A stretch of 48,612 nucleotides of DNA from an uncultured Bacilli bacterium (GCA_944358235.1 CALVQL010000001.1:1-48612), one strand, 5' to 3'; counted from the stretch's first letter, positions 18,743-28,516 are shown. Numbers and translations: made by a program. Notes: generated by a model from the sequence alone, not told the origin.

Positions 18743-19357
18743 TTAGGAAATATATTCGAGTATTTGTCGTTTGCTTTTGGCTTCAATTCGCGATACTTTA
18801 ACTTGGGATATTCCTAGCAAATCGGCAACTTCGCTTTGTGTTAAATCTTCCTTAAAACGATAGTTGATTACAGCAGATGATAAAGGATCCAACGTGCTAA
18901 GAGATTCTTCGAGCATTATTAAATCATCGCAGTTGTTTTCAACGCCAATCTGAATACGCTCATATTCATCGTCCAAACTGAACATATCTTCCATCATTAT
19001 AGATACATATTCCAATTCCGATAAGTCCACTTCTAAATATGAACTCACATCTTTAAGAGTCACTTCCCTGTTTAACGATTGTGCTAAGGTATTTTTAGCG
19101 ATATTGATCGAGCGATATAACTTAAGATAGTTTTTATTTAGTTTTATATCGCGGCTTTTTAAGGACAGTTCATACATTTCTCCAAAAATGTATTTATAAG
19201 CATACGAGGAGAATTTGACACTTGTATCACGATAATTTCTATAAGCTTTTAATAGGCCCAAACAACCAGCTTGATATAAGTCCTCTTTATCAATATTGTA
19301 AAATCTCTTAGCAATACTGAAAATAAGCAGTGAATTTTCTTCTATTAGCTGATCCAC
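18743..19357 (-). CDS. sigF: sporulation sigma factor, SigF-like (group 3 sigma-70)
   Basis: Region 2 (DLYQAGCLGLLKAYRNY...FSSYAYKYIFGEM) and region 4 HTH (TQSEVADLLGISQVKVSRIEAK) parallel B. subtilis SigF (TQSEVAERLGISQVQVSRLEKK). Located between a STAS gene and spoVAC-AD-AE, as in Bacillus and Clostridium. GTG start overlaps the STAS stop (TAGTG). Confidence 0.8.
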   Translation of the reverse strand: MDQLIEENSLLIFSIAKRFYNIDKEDLYQAGCLGLLKAYRNYRDTSVKFSSYAYKYIFGEMYELSLKSRDIKLNKNYLKLYRSINIAKNTLAQSLNREVTLKDVSSYLEVDLSELEYVSIMMEDMFSLDDEYERIQIGVENNCDDLIMLEESLSTLDPLSSAVINYRFKEDLTQSEVADLLGISQVKVSRIEAKSKRQILEYIS

Positions 19358-19683
19358 TATATACGCATAAGTTCTAGTGCTACAAGTTCATTACTGACAT
19401 TTTCAAATTTTGCTTGTGTATTTATCCTGTTATTCACCAATAATACCTTCCCGTTATTCTCGGAAATCTCCTTCTCACCGGCAATAAGGGCATCTTCCCC
19501 GGCATTATCAATTTCCAAGAGATCGTTTAAGTTATAAACCATATATTTGATTCCGTAATCTTTAATAATGGGGATTGTGTACTCTTTAAATTTAGGTGCT
19601 GTATTAGCATTTAAATTTCCCTTCAAGCGTACGAACAAAATTCCTTTCCTATATTCCATATTAATCTTCAACATTTTTATCAC
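19357..19683 (-). CDS. spoIIAA: STAS-domain anti-sigma-factor antagonist (SpoIIAA-like)
   Basis: 108 aa. ILFVRLKGNLNANTAPKFKE...YMVYNLNDLLEIDNAGEDALI aligns by eye with B. subtilis SpoIIAA [20 protein letters not shown]...HIVLNLEDLSFMDSSGLGVIL. Confidence 0.75.
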   Translation of the reverse strand: MIKMLKINMEYRKGILFVRLKGNLNANTAPKFKEYTIPIIKDYGIKYMVYNLNDLLEIDNAGEDALIAGEKEISENNGKVLLVNNRINTQAKFENVSNELVALELMRI

Positions 19684-19918
19684 CTAGATTTGTTATATCG
19701 CTTAAAAGCGTTTAATGAAATACTTTCGACAAATGTGGATTTTTAATACAGATAATCATCGAATGATGTTAACACTAGACTGGCAAGTGTTTGACAATTG
19801 ATTAACGAAATATAATTCTTCTTAACTATGCAAATCGTGTTAAAGATGGACTTTTCACCAATTTTGTAGTATATTAGTAGTACCTGAGAGCTTTAGATAC
19901 TTAATTTAAGGAGGAATT

Positions 19919-21592
19919 ATGGAAAAAACAGAAACAGTTACATCTGTTTTTGCTTTGGGTGGCTTAGGAGAAGTCGGTAAAAATATGTATGTCGTCGAAT
20001 GTGGCGATGAGATAATAATCATCGATGCCGGAGTTATGTTTCCGGAAGATGAACTTTTAGGTATCGACTATGTCATCCAAGATGTAACTTATTTGAAACA
20101 AAATGAAAAGAAAATTAAAGCTTTAATTATTACTCATGGTCATGAAGATCATATCGGAGGAATATCATTCTTATTGCAGAATGTCGAAATACCAGTTATT
20201 TATGCTTCTAAGATTGCTCTCGATCTTATCAAGAATAAATTGAATGATAGAAATATAAAATATGATAATCTTGAATTATATGATGAAAAGACATTTATAA
20301 AATTTAAGAAGTTAAATGTTGAGTTTATTAGAACGACACACTCTATTCCTGATAGTTATGCAATCGTCGTTCACACTCCGAATGGAACGATAGTTCATAC
20401 AGGAGACTTTAAGTTCGATTTGACACCAATCGGTCCAATGGCCGATATTCACAAAATGGCACGCCTTGGTGATAAGGGAGTTAAGTTATTATTATCGGAA
20501 AGTACTAATGCTTTATCCCCTGGTTTTTCCGCTAGTGAAGCAATTGTCGACGAAGCTTTGGGTGATGTGTTTTCTAAAGCGCAGACTAATCGAATAATCC
20601 TAGCAACTTTTGCATCGAACATCTACAGAATTAAGCATATCGTCGAAACTTGTCGAGAAAATAACCGCAAGATTATCACATTTGGAAGAAGCATGGAAAA
20701 TGCTAAAGAGATTGCTATAAAGAACGGCCTAATCAAGGACTCTTCTATATTTATCGATACTAATGCTGCTAAAGATCTCAAAAAATCAGAAATATGTATC
20801 TTATGTACTGGATCTCAGGGAGAACCTTTAGCTGCCTTATCACGAATTGCCAATGGAACACATAAACAAGTTCAATTATTACCAGATGATATAATCGTAT
20901 TTTCATCTAATCCAATTCCTGGTAATAGTGCTAGTATCAATAGAATTATCAACAAATTATATCTTAAGGGTGTCAAAGTATATACAAATTCAGAACTTAC
21001 CGATATTCATACTTCAGGACATGCAAAAGCTGAAGAGTTGAAATGGATGCTCCGAATTATTAAACCAGAATATTTTATGCCGATTCATGGGGAATATCGA
21101 ATGCTCAAAGAACATGCTGATTTAGCAAAATCGTGTGATGTTCTAGAAGATCATATATTTATCTGCAAAAATGGTGATAGCGTAATTATGGATAGCAAAG
21201 GATGTCATCGTGGCAGAAGAGTTCAAGCTGGAGATGTTTATGTCGATGGATCACGTATTGGAGATATCGGTTCAGTCGTCATCAAAGATCGAAAACTCAT
21301 GAGTAAAGATGGTGTGTTAGTGACAATACTAAATATCGATCCACATACGCACAGTCTTTTGATAAAACCTAATATTACAACTCGTGGATTTGTATTAGTT
21401 AACGAAAATGCAGAATTAATTCACGAAATCGAAAATAAAGTTAGCGAAATCGTCAAAAAGTCTTTAACTACTAAATATAATATTGTCGATTTGAAAAACC
21501 AAGTTATTCTCGAATTAAATATGTTCATAAATGAAAAAACGGGTCGAAGACCGATGATTCTCCCAGTTATTATGGAAGTCAATAAAAAGTAG
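19919..21592 (+). CDS. rnj: ribonuclease J (beta-CASP metallo-beta-lactamase RNase)
   Basis: FALGGLGEVGKNMY, ITHGHEDHIGG and beta-CASP motifs, 557 aa, strong AAGGAGG RBS. Confidence 0.93.
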   Translation: MEKTETVTSVFALGGLGEVGKNMYVVECGDEIIIIDAGVMFPEDELLGIDYVIQDVTYLKQNEKKIKALIITHGHEDHIGGISFLLQNVEIPVIYASKIALDLIKNKLNDRNIKYDNLELYDEKTFIKFKKLNVEFIRTTHSIPDSYAIVVHTPNGTIVHTGDFKFDLTPIGPMADIHKMARLGDKGVKLLLSESTNALSPGFSASEAIVDEALGDVFSKAQTNRIILATFASNIYRIKHIVETCRENNRKIITFGRSMENAKEIAIKNGLIKDSSIFIDTNAAKDLKKSEICILCTGSQGEPLAALSRIANGTHKQVQLLPDDIIVFSSNPIPGNSASINRIINKLYLKGVKVYTNSELTDIHTSGHAKAEELKWMLRIIKPEYFMPIHGEYRMLKEHADLAKSCDVLEDHIFICKNGDSVIMDSKGCHRGRRVQAGDVYVDGSRIGDIGSVVIKDRKLMSKDGVLVTILNIDPHTHSLLIKPNITTRGFVLVNENAELIHEIENKVSEIVKKSLTTKYNIVDLKNQVILELNMFINEKTGRRPMILPVIMEVNKK

Positions 21593-21617
21593 TTCAAAAT
21601 AAACTACTTTTTTATTA
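21585..21617 (+). terminator. rho-independent terminator after rnj
   Basis: aaaagtagtt-caaaata-aactactttt followed by a T-run. Confidence 0.65.
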
Positions 21618-21639
21618 TAATAAATTTATGGTGATTTAA

Positions 21640-22275
21640 ATGTATACAGTAAAAAGAATTCAAAATTCTAATTGTGAAAATTTGTATGATTATCGTCTAG
21701 AAAACGATGATATCGTCATCTTACTATCATTCGAAGGTAATCTCGACTTTTATATGAGTGCTTTGGATAAGAATAATAATCAGCAGGATACTATTATATT
21801 CCCTATCGATAAATCTAACTATCAGATATATTCTTGTTTTGATAGATTGTTCAATACTATAATCGATGCTACTATTTATAAAACACATAGTGAGGATCTC
21901 TTGTTTTTTGATGATGATGAAATAAAAGAACGCTTAGATAGAATAGAAAGAATGAATAAACGCTTAAAAGATAGCTATACTTATAAAGAATTGATAAGAG
22001 ACGGCAATATCGTATGGCGAAGTGATGATGGGGATATCGATTCAGCAAATACTTTAACAATCGAACACAATGATGACATGTATTTTTTAAAGTTTAAAAG
22101 AAATAACAGGGATTTAAGTTTTAGTATTCCGATAAGATTTCGAAATAGTGGCAGCGATTATGAACCATTTAATTTAGCATTTATGGAATTTTATAATTCT
22201 TTACAAAATTATGATCCCGAATATCATCAGATTCATCTTGAAGAAGTGCTTTTAGAATTAAAATTAACAAAATAA
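21640..22275 (+). CDS. hypothetical protein
   Basis: 211-aa ORF with GGTGA upstream. Soluble and acidic, with no recognisable motif. Confidence 0.5.
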   Translation: MYTVKRIQNSNCENLYDYRLENDDIVILLSFEGNLDFYMSALDKNNNQQDTIIFPIDKSNYQIYSCFDRLFNTIIDATIYKTHSEDLLFFDDDEIKERLDRIERMNKRLKDSYTYKELIRDGNIVWRSDDGDIDSANTLTIEHNDDMYFLKFKRNNRDLSFSIPIRFRNSGSDYEPFNLAFMEFYNSLQNYDPEYHQIHLEEVLLELKLTK

Positions 22276-22308
22276 AAAATTAATCATATTATACCATGAG
22301 GGATATAT

Positions 22309-23094
22309 ATGATTGATTTTTTTTATGAGCTAAATCCACTTTGGCAAGCTTTTATAGCTAGTTTATTTACTTTTTCAATGACAACTTTGGGATCGGCATT
22401 AGTATTTTTATTTAAGAAAACTAATAAAAATATCATGGATTCATTATTAGGTATATCAGCCGGTATTATGCTAGCAGCTGCTATATTTTCGCTTTTACTA
22501 CCATCGATTGAACAATCTAATAGTTTGGGAATGCCGACAATATTAGTCGTATCTATTGGAATTCTTTTTGGGGGATTACTTCTAATTTTAGGTGATAAGA
22601 TATCTTCTAAATATGTATTAAAAGAAGAATCAAAATTAAAAAGAGTTTTACTCCTTACGACTTCGATAATATTACACAACATTCCTGAAGGAATTGCAAT
22701 TGGGGTTGCCTTTGGATCTGTAATATATGGTATCGAAGGAGCCACAATAGCTGCTGCTATATCTTTAGCTGCTGGCATTGCTATTCAAAATGTTCCTGAA
22801 GGAGCAGCAATAAGTATCCCCTTAAGACGTGAAGGCCTAAAAAGACATCAAGCTTTTTTAGTGGGTATGTCTTCGGGAATTGTCGAGCCAATTTCAGCAC
22901 TTATCGGAGTCGTACTAGTCTTAAAAATTAAGGTTATTCTTCCCTATTTATTAGCTTTTGCAGCTGGTGCGATGATATTTGTCGTTATTGTTGAGTTAAT
23001 TCCTGAAAGTCAAAGTAATAAAAACAAGAACTTGATTGCTCTGCTTTCACTGATTGGTTTTATCTTTATGTTGATGCTCGAAATAGGAATTTAA
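22309..23094 (+). CDS. ZIP family divalent metal transporter (ZupT-like)
   Basis: Polytopic. HNIPEGIAIGVAF and QNVPEGAAIS are the paired ZIP signature helices. Confidence 0.85.
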   Translation: MIDFFYELNPLWQAFIASLFTFSMTTLGSALVFLFKKTNKNIMDSLLGISAGIMLAAAIFSLLLPSIEQSNSLGMPTILVVSIGILFGGLLLILGDKISSKYVLKEESKLKRVLLLTTSIILHNIPEGIAIGVAFGSVIYGIEGATIAAAISLAAGIAIQNVPEGAAISIPLRREGLKRHQAFLVGMSSGIVEPISALIGVVLVLKIKVILPYLLAFAAGAMIFVVIVELIPESQSNKNKNLIALLSLIGFIFMLMLEIGI

Positions 23095-23120
23095 AAGCTT
23101 ACTCAAATGAGTAAGCTTTT
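23093..23120. terminator. bidirectional terminator between the ZIP gene and the ABC exporter operon
   Basis: aaaagcttactc-aaat-gagtaagctttt perfect 12-bp stem. Confidence 0.75.
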
Positions 23121-24940
23121 TAGTTTTCAAATTGTGAGTTATATATTTTGGCATAGAAGCCATTTTTAGCAAGTAATTCTTCATGATTACCTATTTCAAC
23201 AATATCTCCTTCATTCATAACGAGAATCATATCCGCATTTTTTATAGTAGATAGACGATGCGCTATGATAAATGATGTCCTTCCAACCATTAGACGATCC
23301 ATTGCTTCTTGAATCAACAACTCTGTACGAGTATCCACAGATGATGTTGCTTCATCTAAAATGAGAATTTTAGAATTGGCAAGAATCGCTCTAGCAATTG
23401 TCAATAACTGTTTTTGTCCTTGAGATATGTTGGTCATTTCTTCATCAATTTGCATATTATATCCATCTGGAAGTGTACGAATAAAATGATCGACATTAGC
23501 CATCTTAGCAGCTTCGATAACTTCTTCATCTGTGGCATCTAATTTTCCATAACGCAAATTATCCATTATAGAACCGCTATAGAGCCAAGTATCTTGAAGA
23601 ACCATTCCAAATGTTCGACGTAAATCTTTAACGTTATAATCATCGATATTGTGACCATCAATTAGAATCTCCCCACTATTGACATCGTAGAAGTGCATCA
23701 ATAGTTTGACGATTGTCGTCTTACCGGCACCAGTAGGACCAACGATTGCAACTTTCTGACCTTTTCTTACGCTAGCAGAGAAATCATTTATGATAATACG
23801 ATTAGCATCATAACCGAATTTTACATGTTTAAATTCGACATTTCCTTCAACTTTTGAAGAATCTAGTGGTAAAGTTCCGTACTCTTCTTCCTCCTCTTCG
23901 AGGAATTCAAAAATTCTTTCAGCTGCAGCAACCATCGATTGAATCTGATTCAATACTTGAGCTACTTGAGTAATCGGTTGCGTAAAATTCTTAGTGTAGG
24001 AAATGAATGATTGAATATTACCTACTGTTATACGTCCAAGAATAGCAAAATATCCTCCCAAGATAGCTACAAAAACGTATCCAAGATTTCCGATGAATTG
24101 CATTATAGGATGCATTAATCCAGACAAGAATTGACTTTTCCAACCACATTCATAAAGTTTATTATTATTTTCTTCGAATTCACCAATAGTACGTTCTTCC
24201 GCATTAAACGCTTTAATAACATTATGTCCACCAAACATCTCTTCAACATTACCATTGACATGTCCTAGATACTCTTGTTGAAGAGCAAAGTATTTTTGTG
24301 ATTTTTTGATTATCTTCATCATAAATAGCGAACTAACTGGTAATATCAAAATAGCAATAATTGTCATAGGAACATTTATCGATAACATCATGACAAGAAT
24401 ACCGATAACAGTTGTTACCGAAGTAATCAATTGCGTTAGTGCTTGATTAAAACTCATCTGTAGAGTGTCGACATCATTAGTGATAATACTTAAAACTTCT
24501 CCGTTAGTGCGTTTATCAAAATACTTAAATGGTAATTTGTGTATCTTTTCATTTAAACGATTACGTAAGCGATACGTATATCTTTGAGTAACTGTCGACA
24601 TAATGAAACCTTGAATATAACTAGCTATTGCACTTACTATATATAGAAGTAAACAAGTTATAAGGATTCTATGCACACTAGCAAAGTCTATTCCACCAGT
24701 ATTATTCAATTTATTGACAATTCCTGTAAATATTTCTTCAGTTGCATTTCCCAAAATTTTAGGTCCAATGATACTGAATATTGTCGATGCAATGGCAAAG
24801 ATAAAGACGACAATAATTGCTTTTTTATATCCACTTAACGAATCAAATAGTTTCTTTACAGTTCCTTTGAAGTCCTTAGCTTTTTCGCCACTACCCATGT
24901 TATTAGGTCCATGCATTACTCGTCTTTTTCCACCACTCAT
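23120..24940 (-). CDS. ABC exporter, fused permease/ATPase (type I exporter half-transporter)
   Basis: Six-TM domain followed by Walker A GPTGAGKTT, signature ISQGQKQ and Walker B ILILDEATS. Confidence 0.9.
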   Translation of the reverse strand: MSGGKRRVMHGPNNMGSGEKAKDFKGTVKKLFDSLSGYKKAIIVVFIFAIASTIFSIIGPKILGNATEEIFTGIVNKLNNTGGIDFASVHRILITCLLLYIVSAIASYIQGFIMSTVTQRYTYRLRNRLNEKIHKLPFKYFDKRTNGEVLSIITNDVDTLQMSFNQALTQLITSVTTVIGILVMMLSINVPMTIIAILILPVSSLFMMKIIKKSQKYFALQQEYLGHVNGNVEEMFGGHNVIKAFNAEERTIGEFEENNNKLYECGWKSQFLSGLMHPIMQFIGNLGYVFVAILGGYFAILGRITVGNIQSFISYTKNFTQPITQVAQVLNQIQSMVAAAERIFEFLEEEEEEYGTLPLDSSKVEGNVEFKHVKFGYDANRIIINDFSASVRKGQKVAIVGPTGAGKTTIVKLLMHFYDVNSGEILIDGHNIDDYNVKDLRRTFGMVLQDTWLYSGSIMDNLRYGKLDATDEEVIEAAKMANVDHFIRTLPDGYNMQIDEEMTNISQGQKQLLTIARAILANSKILILDEATSSVDTRTELLIQEAMDRLMVGRTSFIIAHRLSTIKNADMILVMNEGDIVEIGNHEELLAKNGFYAKIYNSQFEN

Positions 24941-27114
24941 GCTAATTCCTCCTCTTTTAATTGAGATAGCGCGATTTCCTTATAAATCTTACATTTCTTA
25001 TAAAGATTTTTATGAGTACCAATTCCGACGACTTTTCCTTCATCTAAGACGATGATTTGATCGGCATTCATAACTGTAGAAACACGTTGTGCAACAATTA
25101 TTTTAGTAGCTTTACTACATTCTTTAGCTAAATTTTTGCGGACCATGGAATCAGTTTTATAATCGAGAGCACTAAATGAATCATCAAATATGTATATTTC
25201 AGGATCTTTAGCAACTGCTCGGGCAATAGCAAGACGTTGGCGTTGGCCTCCTGATACATTTGTTCCTCCTTGAGATATTTCAGAAGCATATCCATCTTCT
25301 TTTTCCGCGATGAATGTATCAGCACAAGCAACTCTTGCTGCTTTTTTCATCTGCTCATCACTAATTTCTTTGTCAGCAAATTTAATATTGGATTCGATGG
25401 TTCCACTAAACAATAAACCTTTTTGAGGAACAACTCCGATAATATCGCGTAATTCTTTAAGATGCATGTTTTTGATATTTACACCATCTACTAGAATTTC
25501 TCCTTCTGTCACATCGAAGAAACGAGGAATAAGGTTAACAATAGTCGACTTACCAGATCCAGTTGAACCAATAATAGCAGTTGTCGTACCTGGTTTAATC
25601 TTAAAACTAATATTTTCTAAGACTAATTCATCGCCATCAGGATATTGAAAAGATACATTACGGAATTCAACTTCTCCACGTTTTTTAGGATTGATATCAA
25701 TAGGATTATCAATTTCGAGAATACTTGAATCCTTAGTTAATACATCACTAACACGGTTTATTGAGACCATAGCTCGTGGTGCCATTATCGAAATCATACT
25801 CAACATCAAGAATGCCATAATAATCTGCATTGTATAGGTAATCAAAGCCGTCAAAGTTCCAACCTGCATCGTTCCAATATCAATGGCATCTGCTCCAACC
25901 CAGTAAATCAACACGCAAATACCATTCATAATAAACATCATAACCGGACTCATTAAAGCCATAGTACGTTGAGTAAATAGATTAACTTTCATCAAGTCAC
26001 GATTTGATTTATCAAAACGATCTATTTCATACTCTTCATTAGCAAATGCTCTTATTACTGGTAGTCCATTTAGTACTTCACGAACAACTAAATTAATCTT
26101 ATCGATGAGTTTTTGAACCATACGGAATTTCGGCATTGCAACAAACAATAATATAAGTACAAGAATCATAATAGCTCCGACAGCAATTCCAATGACCCAA
26201 ACCATATCAATTCCAGCAACTTTAACTAAAGCTCCGATACCAATAATTGGAGCATATAAGACGATACGTAATAACATCGTAAATAGCATTTGAATTTGCT
26301 GAACGTCATTTGTACTACGTGTAATCAATGACGACGTTGAAAATTGATTGAATTCACTATTGGAATAACTCATAACTTTAGAGACGATCTTACTACGTAA
26401 ATCACGTGAGAACATCGAAGCGATTCGCCCAGAAAGATACGTCGATAAGATAATTATTGCCATAATTAAAAATGCCAAAGCGATCATTTTTATTCCCGTA
26501 GAGAAAAGATAATTCATCTGTCTACTTTCTAAACCAACTTCAAGAGTTGTATACTCGTCAATAACTGATGAGATAGCATATTGATCCAATAGCGCTGAAT
26601 CTAATTCTTCAAAGTTAGCATAATTTTCTTGAAAAGCTACTCCATCTTCACTTGCCATAATTCCAGCGATAATTTCCGGGGTTATTTCAACGTTCTCTCC
26701 TGCCAATTCATCAGACGATTTTATCATATATAATGCTATTTGCGGAACGACTATCTTTTCTTCCAATTCAGCTGTTTCCGATTCACTTAGCTCTTTTTTC
26801 ACATAGATGTTACCTTCTTTTAAATAAGGATATTCATCAATGTATTCTAAAGACGCGTCACTATCACTTTCGATTAATTCAAAATAATCCAAAATGCTTG
26901 CATCATTTGATAATGCCACAATAGAATTAAGTGTATTTTCAGTATACGCATTAGCAACACTCTCTTCAACACCCTTTTGTTGAATGCCAATATTTATAAT
27001 ATTAGATGTATATTCAGGTAATGCAAGGTCACAATTGGCTTGAACGACTAAAAGTATTACAATTAATATAATACCCAAAGTATACTTTTTCAGTATTTTT
27101 AAAATTTCCTTCAT
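24937..27114 (-). CDS. ABC exporter half-transporter with a long extracytoplasmic insert after TM1
   Basis: GSTGSGKST, VSGGQRQR and IYIFDDSFS motifs. About 170 aa of hydrophilic sequence lies between the first TM segment (residues about 10-30) and the next hydrophobic segment (about 205). ATGA-type overlap with the downstream partner. Confidence 0.88.
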   Translation of the reverse strand: MKEILKILKKYTLGIILIVILLVVQANCDLALPEYTSNIINIGIQQKGVEESVANAYTENTLNSIVALSNDASILDYFELIESDSDASLEYIDEYPYLKEGNIYVKKELSESETAELEEKIVVPQIALYMIKSSDELAGENVEITPEIIAGIMASEDGVAFQENYANFEELDSALLDQYAISSVIDEYTTLEVGLESRQMNYLFSTGIKMIALAFLIMAIIILSTYLSGRIASMFSRDLRSKIVSKVMSYSNSEFNQFSTSSLITRSTNDVQQIQMLFTMLLRIVLYAPIIGIGALVKVAGIDMVWVIGIAVGAIMILVLILLFVAMPKFRMVQKLIDKINLVVREVLNGLPVIRAFANEEYEIDRFDKSNRDLMKVNLFTQRTMALMSPVMMFIMNGICVLIYWVGADAIDIGTMQVGTLTALITYTMQIIMAFLMLSMISIMAPRAMVSINRVSDVLTKDSSILEIDNPIDINPKKRGEVEFRNVSFQYPDGDELVLENISFKIKPGTTTAIIGSTGSGKSTIVNLIPRFFDVTEGEILVDGVNIKNMHLKELRDIIGVVPQKGLLFSGTIESNIKFADKEISDEQMKKAARVACADTFIAEKEDGYASEISQGGTNVSGGQRQRLAIARAVAKDPEIYIFDDSFSALDYKTDSMVRKNLAKECSKATKIIVAQRVSTVMNADQIIVLDEGKVVGIGTHKNLYKKCKIYKEIALSQLKEEELA

Positions 27115-27115
27115 A

Positions 27116-27538
27116 TTATTCTCCTTCCAAATTATTTATTATTTTAATTATAAAATTATTCACTACTTCAAGTTCTTGCATACTTATATCGTTATAAATT
27201 TTTTCTTCAAAACGACAACGGTCGACTTCTACTTCTTCCAAAATTTCACGACATTTAGGGCATATAACAATTTTTTTGTTTCGCATATCTTCTTTATCAC
27301 GAACACGACAGATGAATTTTTTTTCTTCTAGACGCGATAAAAGCCCATTAATAGTCGGATTACTTAAGTTAAGTCCCCGTTCTATTTCTCTCTGATTAAC
27401 ATTGTTAGGCTGTCGCATTATAAAATGCAGAACTTCTAATTGAGATGCTGTAAGATCATATTTTAATAAATTTTTATCGAGATTGACTTTCATCAAAAAA
27501 AATAACGTTTTTAAATTATGCGCAAACTCTGATCTCAT
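27116..27538 (-). CDS. MarR family transcriptional regulator
   Basis: 140 aa with a winged-helix core (LTASQLEVLHFIMRQPNNVNQREIERGLNLSNPTINGLLSRLEEKKFI). First gene of the ABC exporter operon. Confidence 0.85.
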   Translation of the reverse strand: MRSEFAHNLKTLFFLMKVNLDKNLLKYDLTASQLEVLHFIMRQPNNVNQREIERGLNLSNPTINGLLSRLEEKKFICRVRDKEDMRNKKIVICPKCREILEEVEVDRCRFEEKIYNDISMQELEVVNNFIIKIINNLEGE

Positions 27539-27568
27539 ATAAACATTCCTCCATGAGTCACGTTTTTA

Positions 27569-27610
27569 ATTATAGTACTAAAAAAATATATAGTCAACTA
27601 TATATTTTTT
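27569..27610 (-). promoter_or_regulatory. sigma-A promoter of the marR-ABC operon overlapped by a 13-bp perfect inverted repeat (candidate MarR operator)
   Basis: Minus strand: TTGACT (27592-27597), exactly 17 nt, TATAAT (27569-27574). The palindrome aaaaaatatatag-tcaa-ctatatatttttt (27581-27610) spans the -35 element. Confidence 0.65.
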
Positions 27611-27618
27611 GGTGTCAA

Positions 27619-28515
27619 TTAAATAAATTCAATATCTTTACATATACAATCATGATAATTTTCTATTTTGAACAAATATTTTGTCGTCAAAGGTTCTTCC
27701 GATAATATATTAAAATTCATAATCGTTTGCATAAATGCTTTACTAACAAGCTTGGTATCGATTTTAACATTACCTTTTAAATCTAAATTTATTACTTCAG
27801 AAAATAGCATATCTTGATATTTCGAGTTATACTTTACCGAATATTCCGCGAAATCTCTTTTATCAAAGACGTCATCATATATTAAATCATAACCTCTATC
27901 TTTTCGATTAATTATCAACATATCGACTTGTAAGTCACGATATAAATCCATACTATCTATATCATATTTTTTCTTACAAAAATTGTAGACATTTTCCGTC
28001 ATACTAATAACAGAAATTCGACCAGAAAGATCATCTATGATCTCATCATATCCTTTGCTGATAAAGAAGTTTTTGTTATCTATTGTTAAAAATGCCAAAT
28101 TATCAACTTCTTTTAATAAGTCTATAGTCGATTCATCGAGATGATCAAGGATTATAACGTCGTCTCTTTTTATAAAATCAATTATTCTCATCGCATCAAA
28201 TTCTTCGACATATTCTTTATGTAATCGATCACAATAAGGACATGTTTTACTATAACCAAATTCATCATGGAATAAAACTTTACTCGGTTCATCGACTTCA
28301 TCACAAATTTGAACATCGATTCCCCTATCTTGTAAAGATCTCATTCCGATGCGGCCCTGATGATCATTTCCAATTTTAGCAAAAAAACAAGTTTTGTATT
28401 CAGCATTTAAGTATTTGAGAACATTGGCACTTCGGTTATTGCCAAGTATTCCCAAGATTTTGCCATTTTTAAAATAATACTCGATAATTATGGAGCCAAA
28501 TCCAATGACGCGCAT
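27619..28515 (-). CDS. hypothetical protein, degenerate PfkB/ribokinase-like N-terminal region
   Basis: The N-terminus VIGFGSIIIEYYF...GILGNNRSANVLKYL resembles the PfkB sugar-kinase beginning, but I see no C-terminal DTxGAGD-type motif. Contains CPYC and CIC cysteine pairs. Confidence 0.35.
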   Translation of the reverse strand: MRVIGFGSIIIEYYFKNGKILGILGNNRSANVLKYLNAEYKTCFFAKIGNDHQGRIGMRSLQDRGIDVQICDEVDEPSKVLFHDEFGYSKTCPYCDRLHKEYVEEFDAMRIIDFIKRDDVIILDHLDESTIDLLKEVDNLAFLTIDNKNFFISKGYDEIIDDLSGRISVISMTENVYNFCKKKYDIDSMDLYRDLQVDMLIINRKDRGYDLIYDDVFDKRDFAEYSVKYNSKYQDMLFSEVINLDLKGNVKIDTKLVSKAFMQTIMNFNILSEEPLTTKYLFKIENYHDCICKDIEFI

Positions 28516-28516
28516 A

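Noticed and set aside
19716-19802. 28-codon ORF (MKYFRQMWIFNTDNHRMMLTLDWQVFDN) in the rnj upstream region
   Set aside because: No Shine-Dalgarno sequence and no recognisable peptide features. Probably a chance ORF.
19791-19816. TTGACA ... TATAAT pair upstream of rnj
   Set aside because: Both hexamers are perfect, but the spacer is only 14 nt, too short for a functional sigma-A promoter. The true rnj promoter is left uncalled.
22323-22778. 151-aa minus-strand ORF inside the ZIP transporter gene
   Set aside because: It is antisense to a confidently assigned membrane protein. Ala/Ile/Pro-rich mirror translation, with no RBS or family signal.
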